This document shows, piece after piece, positions 12,180-25,209 of a stretch of 64,000 nt of DNA; within the stretch, counting starts at the first letter, position 1; every line of letters begins with the position of its first letter. A program made the translations under genes and the position numbers. The notes beneath the pieces were generated by a model that saw nothing but the letters and a program-made list of their open reading frames with translations, had not been told where the DNA came from and did not search any database. The stretch comes from Eledone cirrhosa (Eukaryota). The stretch spans positions 19,654,001-19,718,000 of the forward strand of contig OZ024763.1 in assembly GCA_964016885.1 (NCBI GenBank), read 5' to 3'.

Positions 12180-14990
12180 ACATCATCATCATCATCATCA
12201 TCACTGTTTTACGTCCATTCTTCCTTGCAGCATGGGTTAGACGAGTTGTCCTGCTGTGGGCAATGCCAGGTCAAGCGACCATGTCTTGCTCATACAGAAA
12301 CTGAATTTGGCTAGATGCCCTTCCTAACACCAACCTCATTTACAGTGTGGACTGGGTGCTTTTTGCCGTGACACCTACATGACCACTTTACAGTGTGGAC
12401 TGGGTGCTCTTTGTCGTGACACCTACATGACCTCTTTACAGTGTGGACTGGGTGCTCTTTGCCATGACACCTACATGACCACTTTACAGTGTGGACTGGG
12501 TGCTCTTTGCCGTGACACCTACATGACCTCTTTACAGTGTGGACTGGGTGCTCTTTGTCGTGACACCTACATGACCACTTTACAGTGTGGACTGGGTGCT
12601 CTTTGTCGTGACACCTACATGACCACTTTACAGTGTGGCCTGGGTGCTCTTTGCCATGACACCTACATGACAACTTTACAGTGTGGCCTGGGTGCTCTTT
12701 GCCATGACACCTACATGACCACTTTACAGTGTGGACTGGGTGCTCTTTGTCGTGACACCTACATGACCACTTTACAGTGTGGACTGGGTGCTCTTTGCCG
12801 TGACACCTACATGACCACTTTACAGTGTGGACTGGGTGCTCTTTGCCATGACACCTACATGACCACTTTACAGTGTGGACTGGGTGCTCTTTGCCGTGAC
12901 ACCTACATGACCGCTTTACAGTGTGGACTGGGTGCTCTTTGCCGTGACACCTACATGACCTCTTTACAGTGTGGACTGGGTGCTCTTTTTCGTGACACCT
13001 GCATGACAACTTTACAGTGTGGACTGGGTGCTCTTTGCCATGACACCTACATGACCTCTTTACAGTGTGGACTGGGTGCTCTTTTTCGTGACACCTACAT
13101 GACCACTTTACAGTGTGGACTGGGTGCTCTTTGTCATGACACCTACATGACCACTTTACAGTGTGGACTGGGTGCTCTTTGTCGTGACACCTACATGACC
13201 ACTTTACAGTGTGGACTGGGTGCTCTTTGTCGTGACACCTACATGACCACTTTACAGTGTGGCCTGGGTGCTCTTTGCCATGACACCTACATGACCACTT
13301 TACAGTGTGGACTGGGTGCTCTTTGTCGTGACACCTACATGACCACTTTACAGTGTGGACTGGGTGCTCTTTGTCGTGACACCTACATGACCACTTTACA
13401 GTGTGGACTGGGTGCTCTTTGCCGTGACACCTACATGACCACTTTACAGTGTGGACTGGGTGCTCTTTGCCATGACACCTACATGACCTCTTTACAGTGT
13501 GGACTGGGTGCTCTTTGTCGTGACACCTACATGACCTCTTTACAGTGTGGACTGGGTGCTCTTTGCCATGACACCTACATGACCACTTTACAGTGTGGAC
13601 TGGGTCCTCTTTGCCATGACACCTACATGACCACTTTACAGTGTGGACTGGGTGCTCTTTATCATGACACCTACATGACCTCTTTACAGTGTGGACTGGG
13701 TGCTCTTTGCCATGACACCTACATGACCACTTTACAGTGTGGACTGGGTGCTCTTTGCCATGACACCTACATGACCTCTTTACAGTGTGGACTGGGTGCT
13801 CTTTGCCATGACACCTACATGACCTCTTTACAGTGTGGACTGGGTGCTCTTTGCCATGACACCTACATGACCACTTTACAGTGTGGACTGGGTGCTCTTT
13901 ATCATGACACCTACATGACCTCTTTACAGTGTGGACTGGGTGCTCTTTGTCGTGACACCTACATGACAACTTTACAGTGTGGACTGGGTGCTCTTTGTCA
14001 TGACACCTACATGACCACTTTACAGTGTGGACTGGGTGCTCTTTGTCGTGACACCTACATGACCACTTTACAGTGTGGACTGGGTGCTCTTTGTCGTGAC
14101 ACCTACATGACCACTTTACAGTGTGGACTGGGTGCTCTTTGCCTTGACACCTACATGACCACTTTACAGTGTGGACTGGGTGCTCTTTGTCGTGACACCT
14201 ACATGACCACTTTACAGTGTGGACTGGGTGCTCTTTGCCTTGACACCTACATGACCACTTTACAGTGTGGACTGGGTGCTCTTTGCCATGACACCTACAT
14301 GACCTCTTTACAGTGTGGACTGGGTGCTCTTTGTCGTGACACCTACATGACCACTTTACAGTGTGGACTGGGTGCTCTTTGTCGTGACACCTACATGACC
14401 ACTTTACAGTGTGGACTGGGTGCTCTTTGTCGTGACACCTACATGACCACTTTACAGTGTAGACTGGGTGCTCTTTGCCGTGACACCTACATGACCACTT
14501 TACAGTGTGGACTGGGTGCTCTTTATCATGACACCTACATGACCTCTTTACAGTGTGAACTGGGTGCTCTTTGCCATGACACCTACATGACCTCTTTACA
14601 GTGTGGACTGGGTGCTCTTTGCCATGACACCTACATGACCACTTTACAGTGTGGGCTGGGTACTCTTTGTCGTGACACCTACACGAACACATTACAGTGG
14701 GAGGGGATTAGGTCATACTGTCTATATGCTTCAGCTTCGGTTTGTACCCTTGGGAAGTTGGGTCTTCTGTATTAGTGCGTATTGCCAGAGGTCTCGGTCC
14801 TGTGTCATTGCCTTTGAGAGGTGCAATTGGACAAGATCAGCTTTTATCACCTCATCCCAGGTCTTCTTGGGTCTCCCCCACTCCAAGGTTTCCATTGACT
14901 TTTAGTGCTCTGCACCCTTTTATGCAGCTGTCATCCTTCATACTTATCACATGTCCATACCAACATAATCTCCTCTCCTGCACACAGCAT
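12180..14990 (-). mobile_element. 5'-truncated RTE LINE whose 3' UTR carries an expanded 48-bp array
   Basis: ORF end (WYGHVI..KDDSCIK..VGRPKKTWDEVIKADL) at ~14730-14990, then the array, then the (GAT)n tail at 12180-12202. Confidence 0.9.
12335..14700. repeat. 48-bp minisatellite, ~49 highly similar copies
   Basis: Unit gaccactttacagtgtggactgggtgctctttgtcgtgacacctacat. Confidence 0.97.
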
Positions 14991-14994
14991 TTGT

Positions 14995-16477
14995 ATATTC
15001 ACGGTAAAGGCTTTACCTCACACTTTAACCCTTTAGCATTTACATTACTCTATATTTACTATTGTATTTTTGTAGTAAACACTTTACCTCACATAATATC
15101 GAATCTATGAGATTTTGATTTTATTTCTTTTGAAAACAATATCTTAACATAAGTATGAACAACAAGTTACAGCTGGTTTGAATAGAAAAAGGTGAAAGAA
15201 TTCTAGTCAGATACGGCCTGTTTAACCCTTTAGCATTTACATTATTCTGTATATACTATTGTATTGTCGCAGTAAAGGCTTTATCTCACATAATATCGAA
15301 TCTATGAGATGATGTTATTTATTTTGAGAACAGTATGTTAACATCAGTATGAGTGACAACTGGTTTGAAAAGAAAGAGGTGAGAAAATTCTGGCTGGATG
15401 TGGCCAATTTAAAGGAAGCGATCTGCATAATACTGATCTTTGACAAATATTAGACCCTATTAGAATATTTGACAAGTCCAAAAGTGTTCATGTGTTTAAC
15501 CCTTTAGCATTTACATTACTCTATATACAGGGTTATTCAAAAAGAATGAACCGATTTCATGACGCATTGCTTCAGTTCTCAAGCATTATGATGGAATGAG
15601 TCAGTATTTGAAAGAGGAGTTTTTAAAGTTTTGAATGGCTGTCACCGGGGCCCTGTAGTCGCGTCGTTCCTCTGTCAACGTTCAGTTGTTTGTTTACCCT
15701 CAGAATGGCAAGTCCTCAGCAAGACCTTGCTCTTTGTGTTTGGTTTGCGAGTATCCCCACACCTCACCGTGTGTGATTTTTTTTCTTGTGGGGATATGTA
15801 AAAGATGTCGTTTATAATCCACCGCTACCCACTAACCTCGATGACCTTAAACATGGAATAACAACAGCAATCAACTCAGTGGATCGTGATATGCTGATAC
15901 ACGTCTTGGAGGAATTCTCTTATCGCATTGATGTTGCCCATGCTGCAGGTGGTGGCCATATTGAACACTTGTAAGACAGGAAATAAAAGTTGATTGTCAG
16001 TAGAATACTTGTGACTTATTAAAATATCCTTATTAAAATATCCTTATTAAAATATTGTGTAATGAAATCGGTTCATTCTTTTTGAATAACCCTGTATACT
16101 ATTGTATTTTCATGGTAAAGATTTTACCTCACATAGTATCTCACATAATATAGAATATACAAGATTTTGATATTATTTCTTTTGGGAACAATACTTCAAC
16201 ATCAGTATGAACAGCAAGTTACAGCCGGTTTAAACAGAAAGAGGTGAGAGAATTCTGGCTGGAAGAAATCAGTTTAACCTTTTAACATTTACATTACTCT
16301 ATATATACTATTGTATTGTCGCAGTAAAGACTTTACCTCACATAATATCGAATTTATGAGATTTTGATGTTATTTCTTTTGAGAACAATATGTTAACATC
16401 AGTATGAGTGGCTGCTTACAACCGGTTTGAACAGAAACAGGTGAGAGAATTCTGGCCGGATATGGCTAAAGGGTTAA
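14995..16477. mobile_element. Cluster of at least four piggyBac-like MITE copies, apparently self-nested
   Basis: ttaaccctttagcatttac starts at 15025, 15222, 15496 and ~16274 (variant); gctaaagggttaa end at 16466-16477. Confidence 0.85.
15528..16094 (+). mobile_element. Internally deleted Tc1/mariner element (rosa/DD41D-like motif) inserted in a MITE
   Basis: Perfect 33-bp TIRs cagggttattcaaaaagaatgaaccgatttcat, TA flanks, peptide CDFF.WGYVKDVVY...GGGHIEHL. Confidence 0.9.
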
Positions 16478-17559
16478 TTCGACTGGCAATTTTTTTTTTT
16501 TTTTTTTTTTTTGTTTGCTCACACACACAAATCGTCGTCGCCGCTGTCGTTTAATGTCCATTTTCCATGCTAGCATGAGTTAGACAGGTTGTCACTTTAT
16601 GAGACATGTTAGCTCAGGTGACCACGTCAAGCTCATGCAGATCTGTATATATATATACATCATAATTGTTGTTGTTTTAACATCTGCTTTCCCTCTGCTA
16701 GCGAGGGTTGGATGGGTCTACATAAATCAAATCAGTACTGAAGTGGTGGCTACTGATCTCTCAGACAAGCCAGGGATATGTGTCTTGCTTATATAGGGTA
16801 TCACGTTCTACCAAGTGCTCAGGAGAGGTTGCCATGTCTTTGACGCAACTGAAGGTCCTCTCAACCCTTTGTTTCTACGACAGGATGCCCTTCCTATCAC
16901 CAACCACTTTATAGCGTGTATTGAGTGCATTTATCATGTAGATCACCAATATGAGGGAGACTGTCATGTCCTTGACATGACTGAAGGATCCTTCCGACCC
17001 TTTTGTTTCCACATCTGATGTAGCACTTTTGACCAACCCTTGTATATAAATATGGAAAGCTGAACATGCTCTTCCTATGATGTTACTAATGTGGCTGAAA
17101 GCTTTCAGTTCATCCTGTAAGGTGGTTGTGCTGGTGACACAACAAAAGCTCTTAGTCTACCTTGAAAGGTGCTCATGTTGATGTCATGACAAAAGAGCAC
17201 CTAACCGTCCCTGCAAAGAGGGGGGGGGGTCGAGCTGGTGACACCCATCATGTCACCAGCTCAACCCCGTTCCTTGTAAGGTGATCATGTTGGTGCCACA
17301 ACAGAAGGCACCCAGTCCATTCTGTGGAGTGGTTGGGTTGGTAGTATGATATGACAATAATCTGCCCAGCCCAACCTATAAAGTGGTTGTGTTGGTGACA
17401 TGACAAAAGCACCCAGTTCACTCTATAAATGTGGTTGATTTAGTACCATGTTGTTGTTGTTTTAGCACCAAGTCAACACTGTAAAGTGGTCATGTTGACA
17501 ACATGATAAAAAGTGGCCAGTTTGCAGTGTAAAGTGGTTGTGATGTGTGTGACAGCTCA

Positions 17560-17792
17560 CACCTATGCAGGTTTAGCTGGCCTCCTCCAAGTTATCTCGT
17601 TAGAGGTGTCTTGGCTAATTTAATGATAGGGACCCCAGTCCCTACCATCTCATTTCTACAGCTGAGTAAACTGGAGCAATGTGAAATAAAGTGTCTTGCT
17701 GAAGGAAACAATACATCACCCGGTCTGAGAATTGAACTCACAACCTTTCGATTGCAAGGCCAATGTTCTAACCACTAAGCCATGTGCCTTCA
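17560..17792 (-). mobile_element. tRNA/CORE-like SINE family B within degenerate RTE-UTR repeats
   Basis: tggcttagtggttag (A-box), gagttcaattc (B-box), cttcagcaagacactttatttcacattgctcc CORE-like segment. Confidence 0.75.
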
Positions 17793-18201
17793 CGGTGGTG
17801 TTGGTAACATGACAAAAAATGGCCAGTCTGCAGTGTAAAGTGGTCATTTTGGTGCCACGATAAAAGGCACCCAGTCCACACTGTAAATGTGGTTGGTGTT
17901 AGGAAGGACATCCAGCCATAGAAACCAAGCCAGGAACAGTTCTATGTGAGCAAGACACAGTCATCTGATCTGACTTGTCTCACAATAGGACAACCTGTCT
18001 AACCGATGCTTGCATGGAAAAATGGGCTTTAAACAGTGATGATGATGATGGTTATGGTGATATGGACCTGTAGCACCTAATGATTGGGGTGCCATATTGA
18101 GATATGGTATTGCTTGAGCACTTGTAAACCTGGCAGAGCTCTCATCTCCTCTCCAGATTTTAACACAGCAGATTTCTTCCAGAGAAAGTTAGAGAGTGAA
18201 A

Positions 18202-18390
18202 TAATTGTTTCTACTTTAGGCACAAGGTCAGCAATTACCCAGTGCATTACTGGTACTTTATTTTATCTACCCCGTAAGGATGAAAGGCAAAGTCAACCTC
18301 GGCGGGATTTGAACTCAGATCGTAAAGGGACGTAACTATGCTGGAAAGCATGGCGTCCGACCCTCCACCGATACTGCCAATCTACCGCCC
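18202..18390 (-). mobile_element. SINE family A
   Basis: Same sequence as 11625-11812 and 61600-61790. Confidence 0.85.
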
Positions 18391-18553
18391 TACTATATAT
18401 ATAGTAATAATAATAATAATGACCTATTATATTCGTTTTTTCCTGTTCTTTGCCAGGGAACGTTTCCACGAACCAAAGTATCGTCTTCCTGTCTTCCTCC
18501 GGTTGCAACGTTTTTTGAAATATTCACTTCTGCGTTCACAGATTGACTTTGTT

Positions 18554-18604
18554 AGTTTCAGAAGATCCCGTTAAGGGTGAAAGCAGCGATTCTTTGCTTA
18601 AACT
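18554..18604 (+). ncRNA. Degenerate hammerhead motif (U4A in core)
   Basis: agttt CAGAAGA t-ccc-gttaa-ggg-t GAA AGCA...TGCT T aaact. Confidence 0.45.
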
Positions 18605-18639
18605 TTAATCTGTTGTTTTAATAAATATATATATATATA

Positions 18640-18944
18640 TATAAAGAATTAATATATCTAGTAACATATATATACACACAGATGCATACCAATGCTAGCA
18701 AATACATAGGTTTTGTCTTAGTAACTTTGTGGTTCAATGCATGGGGTTGCAGAACAATAATATGAGAGACGTAAAATAAGAAAATTATAAAATTAACTTA
18801 CTTACTAAAATTTCACTCCCAACTAATTAGTTTCTGAAAGGGAATAAATATACTTTCCGAAGAAAATATAGAGAAGCCTTTCGTCATCAGGGAAGTCTAT
18901 TCTCAGCTAAGTTTCCAGGCAAAGCGTGGACTCTGGGAACTTAT

Positions 18945-18983
<39 letters not shown>

Positions 18984-19119
18984 TACACACACACACACAC
19001 CCACATACACATATATATATACACACACATACATGCACACATACACACATATATACACACACATCATCAGGATTTCTCCAAAATTAAACAGTTCTAGTCC
19101 TGTAGAAGCCTTTCTATAT

Positions 19120-19120
<1 letters not shown>
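18640..19120. mobile_element. Penelope-like pLTR family fragments (same family as 55780-56710)
   Basis: ggttttgtcttagtaactttgtggttcaatgcat...ggaacttatacaaa shared with 56215-56455; aaacagttctagtcctgtagaag is the 3' half of that family's hammerhead. Confidence 0.6.
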
Positions 19121-19173
<53 letters not shown>

Positions 19174-19494
19174 GATATAGAGGAAGAATAAACCCTTATT
19201 ACTAGATTGACATTTTATTTATTAACCTCGAAAGTATGAAAAGCAAAGTTGTCCTCAGCAGGATTTGAACTGAGAGAGCAGACAGCTGCAATAAATACTG
19301 TAAAGTATTCTATCTGACGTTCTAATGACACTGCCAATTCACTGCTTTATATATCAAACCATGTTGCCCTGTATGTCTAGATAGCCTTAGACGGGCAGTG
19401 TGGTGTGTGTATATAAAGACCGGAAGGAAATACAGTGACATTGACAAATGGAGAGGTTGTAGGAACTGTCCTAATCACAGCAGATGGCGGTGAT

Positions 19495-19782
19495 GATGGT
19501 GGTGGTGGTGGTGGTGGTTGTGGTGGTGGTGGTGGTGGTGGTTGTAGTGGTGGTGGTTGTAGTGGTGGCAGCGGCGGGTTGTGATGGTGGTGTTAGTGAT
19601 GGTTGTGATGGTTGTGGTGGTGGTGTTGGTGGTGGTGTGGTGGAGAAGGTGGTGGTGTTTGTGGTGGTGTTGGAGGCAGTGATCGTGGTGGTGGAGGTGG
19701 TGGTGTTGGAGGCGGTGATCGTGGTGGAGAAGGTGGTGGTGTTGGAGGCGGTGATCGTGGTGGTGGAGGTGGTATTCATTGT

Positions 19783-19814
<32 letters not shown>

Positions 19815-19815
19815 A
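19495..19815. repeat. (GGT)n then (CAT)n simple repeats
   Basis: Direct inspection. Confidence 0.9.
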
Positions 19816-19960
19816 ATCATGTTCATATCATTTTGTTACACGGCACGCTCTTTGGGCATCTGGCACACACACCTACATGATATAGAAGTGTGTGTGTGTA
19901 TATATAGATATATACACATACATAAACATGTCTGTATGTATTATGCGTATATATATATAC

Positions 19961-19984
<24 letters not shown>

Positions 19985-19991
<7 letters not shown>

Positions 19992-20560
19992 GAATCAGTT
20001 TCCGTATGAGCAAGACAAAGTCAGCCGACCGGACACTGCCCACAACAGGGCAACCCATGCTAGCGTGGAAGAACGGACGTAAAAACGGTGATGATATATA
20101 TATATATAATATATATATATATAATATTTATATATATACATTTATATATATATATATTTATATATATACAACATCCAGGCCGAAACAAATGAGATCGTGT
20201 AGGTGTCACGACAAAAAACACACAGTCCACGCTGTAAATGTAGCCGTGTAGGCAACACGGTAAAAACCTCCCAGCCCCACACTGTAAATGTGGTTGGTGT
20301 TAGGAAGGGCATCCAGCTGTAGAAAACCCACCAGACAGTCCACGCTGTAATGTGGCCGTGTAGGCAACATGGTAAAAACCTCCCAGCCCCACACTGTAAA
20401 TGTGGTTGGTGTTAGGAAGGGCATCCAACTGTAGAAAACCCGCCAGACAGTCCTATGCGAGCAAGACAACCACTCTTGCCTCAAGTGGGAAAACCCCCGT
20501 CCAAACCCATGCAAGCGTGGAACACGGACGCTAAACCTGATGATGATGATGATGATGATA
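19985..20560 (+). mobile_element. RTE 3' UTR fragments (two tails)
   Basis: ...gcgtggaagaacggacgtaaaacggtgatgat and ...gaacacggacgctaaacctgatgatgat. Confidence 0.8.
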
Positions 20561-20589
20561 CATGTTAATCATCCTTTAATCGTTATATT

Positions 20590-21325
20590 ATCATCATCAT
20601 CATCATCACCGTTTTATGTACGTTCTTCCACACTAGCATGGGTTAGACGGGTTGTCCTATTGTGGGCAGTGTCCGGTCGGCTGACCTTGTCTTGCTCATA
20701 TGGGAACTGATTCTGGCTTGATTTCTACAGCTGGATGCCCTTCCTAACACCAACCTCATTTACAGTGAGTGCTGGGTGCTTTTTTTCCGTGACGCCTACA
20801 CTTCCACTTTACAGTGTGGGCTGGGTGACCACTATGCTTCAGCTTCGGCTTGTACCCGTGGCGGGTCGGGTTTTCTGTATTACTGCGTGACGCCGGAGGG
20901 CACGGTCGTGTGTCATCGCCTTTGAGAGGTGTAATTGGGTAAGGTCAGCTTTTATCACCTCATCCCAGGTCTTCTTAGGTCTCCCCACTCCGCGGTTTCC
21001 ATCAACTTCTAGTGCTCTGCACCTTTTTATGCAGCTGTCATCCTTCATACGCGTCACATGTCCATACCAAAGCAACCGCCTCTCCTGCACACAGCATTTG
21101 ATTCCTCTTATGCTCAGTCTCTCAATTCATTTATGCTTTGCCGTTCGTGTATATTACTATTACTATTACACATCCATCGGAGCATGCAAGCTTCGTTTCT
21201 TTCTAAACTTCTTCCATCCCGTTCTTACCCTAGTTATTGTACTTTCTGAACACCCACCTCCGCTGCTAATTCGGTCACCTAGGTAGCAAAAGCTGTCTAC
21301 TGTTTCCTCAGAGCCCTCCCAGAGT
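20590..21325 (-). mobile_element. RTE LINE 3' fragment
   Basis: ORF 20839-21090 ERRLLWYGHVTRM...GRPKKTWDEVIKADL plus 3' UTR and tail. Confidence 0.9.
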
Positions 21326-21331
21326 TTGGTG

Positions 21332-21373
<42 letters not shown>

Positions 21374-21381
<8 letters not shown>

Positions 21382-21506
21382 AAAAAAAGGAAAAGAATGA
21401 CTTCACTTGTAGTTCTCAATAATTTCATTTAATTTTATAATATAAAATTAAATGAAATTATTGAGAACTACAAGTGAAGTCATTCTTTTCCTTTTTTTCA
21501 AATATA
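21374..21506. repeat. Perfect AT-rich palindrome, 66-bp arms, 1-nt spacer
   Basis: tatatttgaaaaaaaggaaaagaatgacttcacttgtagttctcaataatttcatttaattttata a tataaaattaaatg...ttcaaatata. Confidence 0.95.
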
Positions 21507-21659
21507 CCTAACTGTTTGCAATTTTCAACTGCTAATTTTATGCAAATTTTTTTTACTTCTGTTGTCACTCTTGTTTTCATAAAAAGTGACTATATTTCCA
21601 TTATTTATTTTAAGAATAATTGATTATGAATAATTTTGAACCTCCAAATTTGAGGACAA

Positions 21660-22328
21660 ATAAGACCAGAAGATCAACTCCCAGAACAACAGGTGGCTCG
21701 CTGTCTCATCCAAAGACGTGCCCAGAGCCATGCAGACAAACTTTCCAGCGACAACATTGGTCTTAGGTGTCATCAGCAGTCAAGGTGACGTCATGCCACC
21801 TCACTTCTTCCCTGAGGGCCTCAAGCTGTACACTGATGACTACATCCGCGTTCTGAGCGAGGTAGTAAAGCCCTGGATCGACCAGGTAGCTGCAGGTAGG
21901 CCGTACATGTGTCAGCAAGACTCGGCGCCCTGCCATACCAGCCGAAAGACCTAAGCCTGGCTGTCAGAGAACTTCGTCGACCACACTTCACCTCCCAGCT
22001 CGCCTGACTGCAGCCCCCTCGACTTCTTTGTGTGTGGCGCAGTGGAACGAGACACCAAAAGATCTAGCTGCAATACGAAAGACGATCTGAAGGCCAGGAT
22101 CACAAGTGCCTTTAGGGGCCTAAGTCGAGGGACAGTGATGAAGGCCTGTAGCTGGTTCCGAGGCCAATTTGAGGGCGTCATCAAAGCCAATGGCGGGTTT
22201 ATCGAGTGAGATCGAAAGAACAAGTCATGAAGACAAACTGACCCAAGTTTGATAAATATATCTTAAAAAATAAAACTTTTATTTTTTCCTAGACAGTAAT
22301 CTTGCGAACAAATATCATCCGCACCCTG
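21660..22328 (+). mobile_element. 5'-truncated Tc1/mariner element, DD37D(maT)-like
   Basis: VLGVISSQGDVMPPHFF...QQDSAPCHTSRKT...SSPDCSPLDFFV...ANGGFIE; ends ...gcaccctg TA. Confidence 0.85.
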
Positions 22329-22339
22329 TATATATATAC

Positions 22340-22377
<38 letters not shown>

Positions 22378-22414
22378 GTGTATATATATATATATATAGA
22401 GGATATATATATAG

Positions 22415-23283
22415 AGGATATACGCAGACTAGAGAGGAACGAAGCTTGCATGCTCCGCTGGATGTGCAATAGTAATATACGTGAACGGCAAAGCATAAAC
22501 GAACTAAGGAAAAAATTAGAAATAAGAGGGATCAGATGTTTACTCGAGAGAAGACTACGTTGGTATGGTCACGTGATGCGCATGAAAGACGACAGCTATA
22601 TAACAAAGTGCAGGGCAATAAAGATAGACGGTAGCCACGGAGTAGGCAGACCCAGAAAAACATGGGACGAGCTGATAAATTCCGACCTCACACGCTTACA
22701 CCTCTCCAAGACAATGTCACTGGACCGAGACCTTTGGCGGTACTCAGTAATAGAGAAGACCCGCCTTACCTAAATATAAAGTAAAAACCTACTACAGTCA
22801 GTAGGCATCTCTATCAAAACACACCCCGTCCCACCACCTCCACCCCACCCACACCGCCCCTTTCAATGTAAAGTTATGTTGGTCCCACAACATCCAGGCC
22901 GAAACAAATGAGATCGTGTAGGTGTCACGACAAAAAACACACAGTCCACGCTGTAAATGTGGCCGTGTAGGCAACACGGTAAAAACCTCCCAGCCCCACA
23001 CTGTAAATGTGGTTGGTGTTAGGAAGGGCATCCAGCTGTAGAAAACCCGCCAGACAGTCCACGCTGTAATGTGGCCGTGTAGGCAACACGGTAAAAACCT
23101 CCCAGCCCCACACTGTAAATGTGGTTGGTGTTAGGAAGGGCATCCAACTGTAGAAAACCCGCCAGACAGTCCTATGCGAGCAAGACAACCACTCTTGCCT
23201 CAAGTGGGAAAACCCCCGTCCAAACCCATGCAAGCGTGGAACACGGACGCTAAACCTGATGATGATGATGATGATGATGATGA
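22415..23283 (+). mobile_element. RTE LINE 3' fragment, young subfamily
   Basis: EDIRRLERNEACMLRWMC...RRLRWYGHVMRM...; 3' UTR and (GAT)n tail; near-identical to 51093-51960 (-). Confidence 0.92.
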
Positions 23284-23640
<357 letters not shown>

Positions 23641-23897
23641 ATAAATTTAGCGAGAATCGCATTTCGGCGGGTAGAAATATCTATGGATATGAAGATACCA
23701 GAGCTATAAACATAAGTTAAAAAGGTCATACAAAACTGAGATGATGGTTAAGAAGCCATTAACCAGCCAAGCCAAAAAAGCGAACAAGCTAAATGGGTCA
23801 AACAAAATAAGATATGATTGAAATATATATATATATATATATACGTGTATATATATATATATATACGTGTATATATATATATACGTGTATATATATA

Positions 23898-24490
23898 TCA
23901 TCATCATCATCATCATCATCACCGTTTTACGTCCGTTCTTCCACGCTAGCATGGGTTAGACGGGTTGTCCTGTTGTGTGCAGTGTCTGGTCGGCTGACCA
24001 TGCCTTGCTCATACAGGAACTGATTTGGCTTGATTTCTACAGCTGGATGCCCTTCCTAACACCAACCTCATTTACAGTGAGTGCTGGGTGCTTTTTCGTG
24101 GCGCCTACACGTCCACTTTACAGTGTGGGCTGGGTGCTTTTTTGCCGTGGCACCTCCACGACCACCTTGCGGTGGGGGGTGTGGGGGCATATTGTTTATA
24201 TGCTTCAGCATGTACCCATGGGAGGTCGGGTACTCTGTATTACTGCGTGACGCCAGAAGTCACGGTCGTGTGTCATTGTCTTTGAGAGGTGTAATTGGGT
24301 AAGGTCGGCTTTTATCACCTCATCCCAAGTCATCTTGGGTCTCCCCACTCCGCGGTTTCCATCAACTTCTAGTGCTCTGCACCTTTTTATGCAGCTGTCA
24401 TCCTTCATACGCATCACATGTCCATACCAGCGTAACCGCCTCTCCTGCACACAGCATTTGATTCCTCTTATGCTCAGTCTCTCTCTCAGA

Positions 24491-24539
<49 letters not shown>

Positions 24540-25030
24540 CATGTATATATATATATATTTTTTTTTTTACAGCTGGATGCCCTTCCTAACACCAACCACA
24601 TTTACAGTATGAACTGGGAGCCATTTCACCGTGTCTCCTACACGGCCAACTTACAGTGTGGACTCTTATGTCATTGACACAGTGGGAGAGGAAGGGTGGA
24701 GTAGGGTGTGGCAGTGGGGTGTACATTGAGTTAAAAGGTGCCTACTGACTGTAGGTGCTAAGTTTGTATGCAATGGCAGTCAGGTCTTCTGTACAACTGC
24801 ATGGCACCAAAGGTCTCAATCCAGTGTCATTGACTTAGAGAGGTGTAGGCGGGCGAGGTCAGTTTTTATCACCTCATCCCAGGTGTTTTTGGTCTACCCA
24901 CTCCACAGTTTCCATTCATTTTCATTGCCCTGCACTTTTTATACAGCTGTCGTCCTTCATATGCATCTCATGTCCTTACCAACGCAATCTTCTCTCCAGA
25001 ACACAACATTTGATACCTCTTATGCTTAGT
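23898..25030 (-). mobile_element. Two tandem RTE 3' fragments separated by (TA)n
   Basis: ORF 24205-24450 and a degenerate copy at ~24780-25030. Confidence 0.85.
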
Positions 25031-25209
25031 CTCCCTATATATATATTTTACTAAAATGATTAAAGATGCCATGTCTGAGAAATTACAGACACATGCCATA
25101 TCCCCTGTAACAAAAACTTGAGGATAAATACCAAGCTTACATTTTTTGCAAATTATCTCCTGTGTATTAATTGATATATTTCTATATATACCATTCACTC
25201 TTGAATTTG

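Noticed and set aside
12311-14775. 793/798-aa Cys/His-rich ORFs (metallothionein- or multiheme-like)
   Set aside because: Products of a stop-free 48-bp unit open on both strands, inside an RTE 3' UTR; no splice or other coding evidence
17050-17116. In-frame TGA (ES*TC) as possible selenocysteine
   Set aside because: No recognisable selenoprotein homology or SECIS, and the exon itself is unsupported
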